IMG/VR virus record: IMGVR_UViG_3300017967_005407
Coordinates: 1-64,000 of that record
Strand: one strand, 5' to 3'
DNA length: 64,000 nt
Source of the DNA: a virus
Below are positions 33,164 to 41,656 of the stretch, in pieces. The stretch's first letter is position 1, and every line of letters starts with the position of its first letter. The position numbers and the translations under genes are program-made. Under the pieces are notes generated by a model, which saw nothing but the letters and a program-made list of their open reading frames with translations, was not told the origin of the DNA and searched no databases.

Positions 33164-34066
33164 ATGGTTAACCAAATTATTTCAGCATATAGATATAATG
33201 TTTTATTTGAAGCAATTGAAAATATATTAGGTATTCCAAGTGGAGAAGGCATTGGCTATAATCAAAATGTTGAAAGTGAACGGCTTCCTAAAACTCGTAT
33301 AGTTTATGCAGAAGACATGAATAAACTATATAATGATTATGTAGCTGTGTATGCACATCAAAATGGAACTATACCTGCAACAATTAGCACTGTATCAGAT
33401 GAAAATGAGATAACAGAGTCTTTGTATTCTGCTTATGAAACACTTTATCCTCTATTGTTTACAAATAGATTTGATGCAGATGCATCGCAAATGGATTTAG
33501 GTGTTTCTGCAGGTATTGATAGTATTAGAACAAGCACATGGGGCGGCACAGGAACACCACAAAGTATCACACACGAATGGAGTGCTACATTTAGCAGTGG
33601 TAATAACCTAAATGGTTTTTTCAATGCAGGCGGCAGTTTTGAAATGTCTTTTTCAATGGGTTCGACTGGTAGTGATGATAAATCACAAGGCTGGGAAACT
33701 ATGTTAAACAACATAGGAAATGTTACAATTGATTATACAGGCACTACTGTTAGCGGTTCTGGTAGCCCAGCAAGCAACACTGGTATATACGATTTAACAA
33801 CTTCTTACGTAAAAATCTTTGAAAAACTAGGAACAGGAATTTATACTAATAACGATTTAGAAATATATGCCAGAAAAGACGGCAATGTAATTTATTTCAA
33901 AACTGTACTTGCTGACGAAAGCATTGGATCAGATCCAGGCGGAGTAGGGCCTATTGACGAAGTTGTTACTGGTAGAATTACTAGTTTTGTAAGACAAAAC
34001 AGACCAGTTGGTAGTTATGTAGAACTGCCTTCTCCATCATATCAAAATATCACTGTTTTCCAATAA
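33164..34066 (+). CDS. Putative virion structural protein (paralogue of 35062..36117)
   Basis: Follows the fibres; shares FF..GG...MS, W.TM..N.G, IY..N and PIDE.VTG with the 35062 ORF. Confidence 0.6.
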   Translation: MVNQIISAYRYNVLFEAIENILGIPSGEGIGYNQNVESERLPKTRIVYAEDMNKLYNDYVAVYAHQNGTIPATISTVSDENEITESLYSAYETLYPLLFTNRFDADASQMDLGVSAGIDSIRTSTWGGTGTPQSITHEWSATFSSGNNLNGFFNAGGSFEMSFSMGSTGSDDKSQGWETMLNNIGNVTIDYTGTTVSGSGSPASNTGIYDLTTSYVKIFEKLGTGIYTNNDLEIYARKDGNVIYFKTVLADESIGSDPGGVGPIDEVVTGRITSFVRQNRPVGSYVELPSPSYQNITVFQ

Positions 34067-34996
34067 TTTGCCTTTGTAATCTTTTATCTTTTTAGTTGTT
34101 AAATCTGTTAAACAACTGCAAAATTCATATTGGCATTTAACTGGAACATAAGGTATGTTAAAATTCATGTCGTGTATATTTCCTAAAATAAAATTAGGAA
34201 AACATTGACTACCTATAGTAACATTGCCTTGTCTTGTTATGTTTAATGTGTCTATACCAATCCAACAAGCCCAACCTTTAAATTTATTTTTCTTTTCCAG
34301 TAAAAGTTTTTGTAAGTCTATAATATTATTGTTTTCGTCTACCATTGTAACGCCATAGTTGTCTTTTTTGATACCTGGCAATTTTATTAATGATTGCATC
34401 TGTTTTATTTGTTTAGATGTATAAGGCATAGATTCTGCTTTGTCTAAACTTACACGTAAAGGTTTGTAATCTAATCTTATGTGTTTGTTCAAGTTTTTTA
34501 AACAGTAATCATATTGTTGTAGTGCTAAATCAAAATTTTCAATATCCATACATATTTGAAAATGTATATCAAAACTTCCAGCACATGCATTAAATTTGTC
34601 TACTAAATCTACAATATTAACCTGAGCAACATGAACACTTACAACTACACTATCTATATTGTTTTGATTTTTTTGCCACCAACGTTTTGTTTTATTACCG
34701 TTTGTTAGCAACTGTACTTTGTTTTTTGGACTGATGCTTTTTACATAGGAAAAAAACTCAGGAATTTCTCGCCATATAGTTGGCTCACCACCAAATAAAT
34801 TATACACAGCAAATTTATCTGTATAAGTTGCTGCTATTTTATCAACTAAAAGTTTTGCATTTTCTAATGTAGGAAAATTGTATTTTCCGTCGTGTGCTGC
34901 TGGTTCACAATAATGGCATGCGTAATTACATCTACTACTCATATCCCAATCAATGTAAACAAAATCTCTAGATTGTGCGTAATCAAATTGATCCAT
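34037..34996 (-). CDS. Radical SAM protein with C-terminal Cys-rich (twitch/SPASM-like) domain
   Basis: CNYACHYC, GGEPT and TNG motifs; C-terminal GWAC...C...CQYEFCSC. Start moved to ATG 34996, 4 nt after a minus-strand TAAATA. Confidence 0.88.
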   Translation of the reverse strand: MDQFDYAQSRDFVYIDWDMSSRCNYACHYCEPAAHDGKYNFPTLENAKLLVDKIAATYTDKFAVYNLFGGEPTIWREIPEFFSYVKSISPKNKVQLLTNGNKTKRWWQKNQNNIDSVVVSVHVAQVNIVDLVDKFNACAGSFDIHFQICMDIENFDLALQQYDYCLKNLNKHIRLDYKPLRVSLDKAESMPYTSKQIKQMQSLIKLPGIKKDNYGVTMVDENNNIIDLQKLLLEKKNKFKGWACWIGIDTLNITRQGNVTIGSQCFPNFILGNIHDMNFNIPYVPVKCQYEFCSCLTDLTTKKIKDYKGKLLENSDILI

Positions 34997-35000
34997 GCAG

Positions 35001-35041
35001 TATTTAACCGGTTGACAAAAACTAGGTAAATAAAGTATACT
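35001..35041. promoter_or_regulatory. Divergent promoter region
   Basis: TAAATA on minus (35001-35006), TAAATA on plus (35027-35032), and TTGACA-N18-TATACT on plus (35012-35041). Confidence 0.6.
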
Positions 35042-35061
35042 ATTAAGAAACTGGAGTGTAC

Positions 35062-36117
35062 ATGAGCGGTCAAGGTACAGCAATATTAGCTACTGACTTT
35101 AACAATATAAAAAGTATTTTAGAAAATAATTTTGGTATAGGTAATTATGGATTTAGCACCGGAACTGGTGCTAATGATATTCCTAATGATGTTGTAGGCG
35201 GTAGTGACCCAGCTACAAGTGATACTGTTTTGTCTGCTGATGTTGAAAGACTGTATAGCGTAGGACAACTAATACACTATCATCAAAATGGTGCAGTTAA
35301 AAGTTTATCAAGTGCCACGGGTTATGCAGATTTGCAAGTTGGAGAATTAATAGAATTTGCAGATTGGGGAGATGCTGCTAGTGTACAAGGGTTATATGAT
35401 CTTGCAAATTCTTGTGCTGCATTTAATAGGTATACTACAGAATTCAGCGGCGACTTTAGTGTTGCAAATAATAGATCGCTTCGTTTTTTGTCTGACTGGC
35501 AATCATTAAACATAATCTACATACATACATGGAACAGTGCAAACGAAATGACACACTTTTTCATGACCGGTGGAGAAGTTCGTATGAGTGTAGATATGAT
35601 TAATATAGGCACAGCGGGCGATGCTAGTTACGATAAAAACCTTAATTGGCAAACTATGATGAGTAATATGGGTACAGTCAGGTTATTCTTGCGTCCTAAT
35701 AGTGCCGGAACTGGCTACGAATGGGTTACTGAAAGTTTAAGCGGCGGTGGCACAGGAAGCATAATAGCTGATACTAACAATGCTGGACCTGCTAACAGTG
35801 GCAATGCGTATCTAGCTTATCAAAGAAACGGAGCCGGCTCAATTTATAATGACAATGAAATACGTATTACTGCAACCATATCTGCATCATCAGTGCGTTT
35901 AGAGCTTGATCTAATTGATGGAGATACAGGTACAGGTAATCCAGCAGATGGTCCATCTAGCACACCTATTGATGAACCTGTAACTGGAGATGTAAGAGCA
36001 AATAGTCAAATATCTTATGCAGATAGTACTATTACCTTAAATGATGGTACTGCTGATACAGACTTTACATTACTTGGACCTCAACCTACAACAACTACAG
36101 GTCTTTGGGCAACCTAA
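35062..36117 (+). CDS. Putative virion structural protein (paralogue of 33164..34066)
   Basis: GGAG SD before ATG 35062; S/T/G/D-rich; motifs shared with the 33164 ORF. Confidence 0.6.
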   Translation: MSGQGTAILATDFNNIKSILENNFGIGNYGFSTGTGANDIPNDVVGGSDPATSDTVLSADVERLYSVGQLIHYHQNGAVKSLSSATGYADLQVGELIEFADWGDAASVQGLYDLANSCAAFNRYTTEFSGDFSVANNRSLRFLSDWQSLNIIYIHTWNSANEMTHFFMTGGEVRMSVDMINIGTAGDASYDKNLNWQTMMSNMGTVRLFLRPNSAGTGYEWVTESLSGGGTGSIIADTNNAGPANSGNAYLAYQRNGAGSIYNDNEIRITATISASSVRLELDLIDGDTGTGNPADGPSSTPIDEPVTGDVRANSQISYADSTITLNDGTADTDFTLLGPQPTTTTGLWAT

Positions 36118-36129
36118 ATCATATATCCG

Positions 36130-36158
36130 TTGACAATCACTTAAAAATAATATATACT
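36130..36158 (+). promoter_or_regulatory. Sigma70-like promoter
   Basis: TTGACA-N17-TATACT. Confidence 0.75.
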
Positions 36159-36180
36159 GTAACCACAATTGGAGGTTTCT

Positions 36181-36528
36181 ATGGACGAGCGTCTTGAAAA
36201 AGCATTAGACATCAGTAACTACATGGTTACATTAAACAATCAAACACGTATTTTAAAAGAAAAGTATTACGAAAATCTTGTGTATTATTTCAATGGTGCT
36301 ACTTTTACTGTTACAAGAGAGTTAATTAACTTTATCAAAGGTTTAATAGATAGTGATCAGCAATCTGTAATTATAAGCGATGATAATGATATTCCTATTG
36401 AGATTGAAAACTTAGAAGAATTTCATCAAAATATTTTGAATACATATTTTACAGCATCAAATGAATACTTTGTTGAATACAACAAAATGAAAAGTAATAG
36501 AAACGTTGAAGGTATTTTAGATATATGA
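36181..36528 (+). CDS. Hypothetical protein
   Basis: GGAGG SD before ATG 36181; overlaps the next gene's start. Confidence 0.7.
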   Translation: MDERLEKALDISNYMVTLNNQTRILKEKYYENLVYYFNGATFTVTRELINFIKGLIDSDQQSVIISDDNDIPIEIENLEEFHQNILNTYFTASNEYFVEYNKMKSNRNVEGILDI

Positions 36529-37349
36529 GCAAAGGTGTTTTACTGTTTGCCAAAAGAAACAATGCATTAGATTATATTAAACAAGCTATATTTTGTGCTA
36601 AACGTGTAAAAAAATATTTAGACGTTCCAGTATCAATTGCTACTGATATGGTAGATGATGATAGACTTGATTTTTTTGATCATGTAATTAAATTACAGCC
36701 AAGCAATAATGATAACTCTAGAAAATTTAGAGATGGAAATCTTGCAACTAAGTTGGCAAACTTTAATAATGCAGATAGATATTTTGCATACGAATTAAGT
36801 CCTTATGACGAAACTATCGTAATGGATACAGATTACATACTTGCTAATGATAAACTTAAAAATTGTTTTGGTTCTAAACAAGATTTGATGATGTATAGCA
36901 GTGCTGTAGATTTATGTCATTGGCGTAATTTGACTGAATTTGATAGAGTAACTGATACAAGTATAAAGTTTTATTGGGCTACAGTTGTATATTTTAAAAA
37001 AACAGAAAAAACTAAATGCTTTTTTGATCTTGTGCAACACGTAAAAGAAAATTATACTCATTACAAAAGTTTGTATCAAATAATTAATCCGCTGTATAGA
37101 AATGATTTTGCCTTTAGTATTGCTGCTCATATACTAAATGGATTTACAGAAGATTTAACAATTGCAAGTTTACCAGGTAAAAAATACTTTACTACTGATA
37201 GAGATATATTGCAGAGTATTGACAATGATAAAATGATAATGTTGTTAGAAAAACAAAATCATGTTGGAGAATATACTGCAATAAAAACCAATAAACAAAG
37301 CATACATGTAATGAATAAAATTAGTTTAGAAAGAGTGATTGATGGATAA
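36525..37349 (+). CDS. Putative GT-A fold glycosyltransferase (GT8/nucleotide-diphospho-sugar transferase-like)
   Basis: SPYDETIVMDTD (DxD), FYWATVVYF, RNDFAFSIA and HVMNK motifs. Confidence 0.65.
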   Translation: MSKGVLLFAKRNNALDYIKQAIFCAKRVKKYLDVPVSIATDMVDDDRLDFFDHVIKLQPSNNDNSRKFRDGNLATKLANFNNADRYFAYELSPYDETIVMDTDYILANDKLKNCFGSKQDLMMYSSAVDLCHWRNLTEFDRVTDTSIKFYWATVVYFKKTEKTKCFFDLVQHVKENYTHYKSLYQIINPLYRNDFAFSIAAHILNGFTEDLTIASLPGKKYFTTDRDILQSIDNDKMIMLLEKQNHVGEYTAIKTNKQSIHVMNKISLERVIDG

Positions 37350-38181
37350 AAACTTTACTCTCCTAGCTCAAAATAGTGACCAAGATTACGTTAAGCAAGC
37401 GTGTTTATGTGCAATGAGTATACATGCTACAAATCCTGAAAGCAATGTTTCTTTAATTACTAATGACACTGTGCCTGAGAAGTATAAACAACTTTTTGAT
37501 CACATAGTAGAAATACCGTGGGGCGATCACGCAGCAGAAGAAGATTGGAAAATAAGTAATCGTTGGAAAATATATCATGCAACACCGTATGATAATACTA
37601 TGGTGCTTGACACTGATATGTTAATATTACAAAATTTAGATAGATGGTTTACTTATTTAGATAATTATGATCTATATTACACTAGCAATGTGTTAACATA
37701 TAGAGGAGAAACGGTAACAAGTGATTACTATAGAAAAGCATTTACACAATTTGACTTGCCTAATTTATATAGTGGAGTGCATTGGTTTAAAGAACGTCCT
37801 CTAGCAAAAGAATTTTATGCTTGGTTAGAAATGATTACTAATAATTGGCAATTGTTTTACAAACATCATGCAGGAGGCAAAACGTTTCAAAAAAAATGTA
37901 GTATGGATTTAAGTGCAGCTATCGCAGCAAAGATAATGAACTGCGAAAATCAAATCACAAGTAATACTAGTTTTCCAACTTTTGTTCATATGAAACCAAA
38001 GTTACAAAAATGGAATGCTTATGATAGTTTATCATGGCAATCACGTATTAGTGTTTACTTGAACGATGATTTAGATTTGTATGTTGGTAATTTTAAACAA
38101 AGTGGTATATTTCATTATACAGAAAAAGATTTTGCAAAAGACGAAATAATAAACACATACGAAAAGCACTTGGGGATATAA
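37342..38181 (+). CDS. Putative GT-A fold glycosyltransferase (paralogue of 36525)
   Basis: TPYDNTMVLDTD (DxD), NLYSGVHWF and FVHMK motifs. Confidence 0.65.
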   Translation: MDKNFTLLAQNSDQDYVKQACLCAMSIHATNPESNVSLITNDTVPEKYKQLFDHIVEIPWGDHAAEEDWKISNRWKIYHATPYDNTMVLDTDMLILQNLDRWFTYLDNYDLYYTSNVLTYRGETVTSDYYRKAFTQFDLPNLYSGVHWFKERPLAKEFYAWLEMITNNWQLFYKHHAGGKTFQKKCSMDLSAAIAAKIMNCENQITSNTSFPTFVHMKPKLQKWNAYDSLSWQSRISVYLNDDLDLYVGNFKQSGIFHYTEKDFAKDEIINTYEKHLGI

Positions 38182-38742
38182 ATGCCAATAGTAGTAAAAA
38201 GTAATACAAAAAAATATATTGAATTTGACGACGAAGGTAATATACAGGCTATAGTGAATACACCAAGCAGTGATCAATACATTCAAGTAGATAGCAAGGA
38301 TATAATAGATTTAATTAAAGGTATTGTACCTACACATCAATATCGAGTAGAGTTTGATATTGTAAAAAAAGATTATGTGTTGAATAAAACTGATTATTGG
38401 GAAGAAGCAAGAAGCTCTGATAGTTTTTTACATAAAATAGAATACAATGAAGATGCTGATGCTACATTAATCCAAAATAACATAAAAAAACAATGGGAAT
38501 TAAAATTAGGTAAAAAAGTTTTACAAAATATGGATAAAATAAATGTCAATATGAAAAACTTGATTACCGGATTTAGTATTACTGATAAAAATAATCCTTA
38601 TAATTTACATTATATTTTAAACTTTGAAACTGATAAATTTACAATTCCTTTTCCTGATAATTTTCAGTTTGACAAATCTCTAGTAAGTGTTTATACTGTA
38701 AGGAGATTAGAGTCTTATTCTCACGAGGTAATCAATGACTGA
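38182..38742 (+). CDS. Hypothetical protein
   Basis: Tightly packed ORF in the operon; no motif recognised. Confidence 0.65.
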   Translation: MPIVVKSNTKKYIEFDDEGNIQAIVNTPSSDQYIQVDSKDIIDLIKGIVPTHQYRVEFDIVKKDYVLNKTDYWEEARSSDSFLHKIEYNEDADATLIQNNIKKQWELKLGKKVLQNMDKINVNMKNLITGFSITDKNNPYNLHYILNFETDKFTIPFPDNFQFDKSLVSVYTVRRLESYSHEVIND

Positions 38743-39652
38743 TATTTTTAGAGTAGTTGATCATGACATAATTTATCTTAGTTATGATGAGCCCAATGCC
38801 GAACAAAACTATGCAGATTTGCTTACAAAAGTTCCTTGGGCTAAACGTGTACACGGTGTAAAAGGAAGTGATGCTGCACACAAAGCTGCTGCAAATGCAA
38901 GTGATACAGAAAGATTTATTACTATCGATGGTGATAATCGAATACGTGAAACTTTTTTAAGCCAAGAAGCAGATTTAAGTGAATATGACTTAACTGATAA
39001 AGTCATAAGTTGGACTGCTTATAATCAAATAAACGGACTTGCATATGGCAACGGCGGTATTAAGTGTTGGCCTAAACATAAAGTTTTAAGTATGAAAACG
39101 CATGAAAACGCAGATCCAGACAATGCACATGCACAAGTAGATTTTTGTTGGGACTTGCAATATATTCAAATGAATGGAACATTCAGTGACATTTACAATA
39201 ATGCAACACCTCAACAAGCATGGAGAGCAGGATTCCGTGAAGGTGTTAAAATGGCACTAGATCAAGGTATAAAACCAGATATTGAAGATTTTAAACGCAA
39301 TCATTGGAAAAATTTGCATAGACTTTGGATATGGTTAATGGTAGGTGCAGATGCTGATAACGGACGTTGGGCAATTTATGGAGCAAGAGAAGGTTTGTAC
39401 AAAACTATGTGTACAGATTGGAACTTTATCAACGTGCGTGATTTTGAATGGTTAAACGATTATTGGAATAATATCGAGGTTAATGAAGAAACATTAGAAG
39501 ATGAAACTCAAAGACTCGGTGATGAACTTATGAATGAATTACAGGCTCCAATTGCATTACAGCCGTTAGATGCAAATCAAAGTAAGTTTTTTAAAACAGT
39601 GTATCAAAATCCTGTACGTAATCCTAAGTTTATCGATAAGGAACTTGGATGA
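38735..39652 (+). CDS. Putative GT-A (GT2-like) glycosyltransferase
   Basis: SYDEPNA..NY, RVHGVKG..AAH, IDGD (DxD), YGNGGIK and AWRAGFREGVK; paralogue of 43039. Confidence 0.6.
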   Translation: MTDIFRVVDHDIIYLSYDEPNAEQNYADLLTKVPWAKRVHGVKGSDAAHKAAANASDTERFITIDGDNRIRETFLSQEADLSEYDLTDKVISWTAYNQINGLAYGNGGIKCWPKHKVLSMKTHENADPDNAHAQVDFCWDLQYIQMNGTFSDIYNNATPQQAWRAGFREGVKMALDQGIKPDIEDFKRNHWKNLHRLWIWLMVGADADNGRWAIYGAREGLYKTMCTDWNFINVRDFEWLNDYWNNIEVNEETLEDETQRLGDELMNELQAPIALQPLDANQSKFFKTVYQNPVRNPKFIDKELG

Positions 39653-41022
39653 GCGAAAGAGACGAAGCAGTTCGTATAACAAAATACACAGACGAACAGA
39701 TTTCTCCTACATTTTGTTTTGCTAAATGGTATCATGCAAACATTTATTTTCAGACAGGTGAAACACACAGTTGTTATCATCCTGCTCCTCATACAATTGA
39801 TACACAAGCTATTTTAAAAAATCCTAGTGCTATTCATAATACAAAACAAAAAATTGAAGAACGTGCTGCAATGTTGCGTGGTGAACAACCTAAAGGCTGT
39901 CAATACTGTTGGAACATTGAGAATATGGGTCCTGATTATATCAGCGATCGTAAAACCCGTAGCAGTAGTATTTACAACGAGGAAAGATTAAATGCTGTAA
40001 AACAAGGTGGCGCAGAATTTAATGTTAATCCGGAATATTTAGAAGTTAGCTTTGGTAATGAATGTAACTTCCGTTGTGGTTATTGTCATCCAAAAGCCAG
40101 CAGCAGATACTATCAAGAAATTAAGCAACACGGTCCATATGATATGGTGCGCAATCACCGATGTGATGTTGATTGGTTTAAAATTTATGAAGAAGACAAT
40201 AATCCGTACCTAGATGCATTTTGGAAATGGTGGCCTGATTTAAGCAACGACTTAACTATTTTACGCATCACAGGTGGAGAACCAACAATACAAAAGAGCA
40301 CATATAAACTTTTTGATTTGTTGGAGCAGGATCCAAAGCCTCATTTAGAATTGAATGTTAACAGTAATTTAGGAGGCAAACCAAAGCAATTAGAAAAATT
40401 TACCGATGCAGTAAATAGTTTGCTTAGTCAAAATAAAATTCGTAGATTCAAACTGTTTACAAGTATTGACACTTGGGGTAAACGTGCTGAGTACATACGT
40501 AACGGATTAGATATTGATGTATTTGAGCGTAATTTAGATTATTTTATGCGTAATACAAATGCACCTGTAACTATAATGATTACATTTAATATTTTCAGTG
40601 TTACAACTTTTCAAACATTACTTGAAAAAATATTAGAATGGCGCCGAAAGTATAATGATGTTGAAACATTTCGGTGGAATCGTTTAAGTTTTGATACACC
40701 TTATCTAAAAGAACCATTACAATACGATATTAATATTTTGCCTCAGGAATATATGAAGTATATGCACAGTCATTTACAGTTTATAAAAGACAACTTAGAT
40801 GATGAACGTAAAGATGCATTTACTACAATGGAATATGAACGTTTTAGGCGTGTAGTTGATTACATGGATTCAACACAGTATGATCCTGCAAAAGTTATGC
40901 AAGGTCGTATTGACTTTTGGCGTTTTTTCAATGAGCAAGATAAAAGAAGAAATACAAATTTTAAAGAAGCATTTCCTGAAATGGCTGACTTTTTTGAAAC
41001 TTGTAAAGATACTGCTAGTTAA
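39649..41022 (+). CDS. Radical SAM protein with N-terminal twitch-like Cys domain
   Basis: FC.AKW...SCYH...GCQYCW, then CNFRCGYC, GGEPT and C-terminal QDKRR...FPE. Confidence 0.9.
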   Translation: MSERDEAVRITKYTDEQISPTFCFAKWYHANIYFQTGETHSCYHPAPHTIDTQAILKNPSAIHNTKQKIEERAAMLRGEQPKGCQYCWNIENMGPDYISDRKTRSSSIYNEERLNAVKQGGAEFNVNPEYLEVSFGNECNFRCGYCHPKASSRYYQEIKQHGPYDMVRNHRCDVDWFKIYEEDNNPYLDAFWKWWPDLSNDLTILRITGGEPTIQKSTYKLFDLLEQDPKPHLELNVNSNLGGKPKQLEKFTDAVNSLLSQNKIRRFKLFTSIDTWGKRAEYIRNGLDIDVFERNLDYFMRNTNAPVTIMITFNIFSVTTFQTLLEKILEWRRKYNDVETFRWNRLSFDTPYLKEPLQYDINILPQEYMKYMHSHLQFIKDNLDDERKDAFTTMEYERFRRVVDYMDSTQYDPAKVMQGRIDFWRFFNEQDKRRNTNFKEAFPEMADFFETCKDTAS

Positions 41023-41621
41023 AACAAAGGCAAAATTTCTTCAGCTTCTGGCCAACGTTCGTCTTCCATTTCTTTGTAGTAATTATCTACCTTAAACTTC
41101 CAAAAACTTTGTATAGTTCCTCTATATTCTAGTTCAATCGGTTCTTCTAAAAATCCTTGCTTACGCCATTCTGGAGCCCAACGTGTGTGTACAGCTCGTT
41201 GTTTTGCAATTGGGCTAGGGTGAGTGCTTATGTACAAAGGATTATCTCTGCCGCAATGCTCAATACATGCAGGAATTAAAAATTGCGCACTTGGGTGATC
41301 ATGTGGCCGCGGCGCACCTCTTAAGTTTCTTAAAGTGTTATGATTGCGTACACCTTGTACTAGATGTCCTAGCATACAAATTCTAGCACCTATGCGATAA
41401 GCGTTTCGTCCTAATATTTCTAAGCCTGTTAACTTATGGCTTACAACACAGCCTACAATATTTTCATAGTTGTATAATAAGAATAAAGTTGAATCTTTTT
41501 CTTTTTCAAGAGATGATAAAAGCATATCGGCGTTACTATTGTTGTAGTAACGCTTTTTTTCTGCTTCAATAAAAAAGTTTGTTAAATTTTGTGAACCATC
41601 ATAGGTTTCAATTTTCCACAT
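41019..41621 (-). CDS. Hypothetical protein, possibly a GNAT-like acyltransferase
   Basis: 200 aa with its own promoter; the pattern FLLYNYENIVGCVV...YRIGAR only weakly suggests GNAT. Confidence 0.45.
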   Translation of the reverse strand: MWKIETYDGSQNLTNFFIEAEKKRYYNNSNADMLLSSLEKEKDSTLFLLYNYENIVGCVVSHKLTGLEILGRNAYRIGARICMLGHLVQGVRNHNTLRNLRGAPRPHDHPSAQFLIPACIEHCGRDNPLYISTHPSPIAKQRAVHTRWAPEWRKQGFLEEPIELEYRGTIQSFWKFKVDNYYKEMEDERWPEAEEILPLF

Positions 41622-41627
41622 ACTTGC

Positions 41628-41656
41628 ATTATAGTATAAAAATTATCCTAAGTCAA
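41628..41656 (-). promoter_or_regulatory. Sigma70-like promoter with leaderless geometry
   Basis: TTGACT-N17-TATAAT-N6-ATG. Confidence 0.75.

Noticed and set aside
34997-35083. N-terminal extension of the 34037..35083 ORF as given in the track
   Set aside because: It overlaps the promoters and start of the opposite-strand gene; ATG 34996 fits better. Starts were trimmed similarly for 35056, 36169, 37339, 45503, 48581, 53254, 54003 and 59023.
6603-35513. Many 60-165 aa minus-strand ORFs inside structural genes
   Set aside because: Antisense frames of long genes; hydrophobic or low-complexity translations without motifs.
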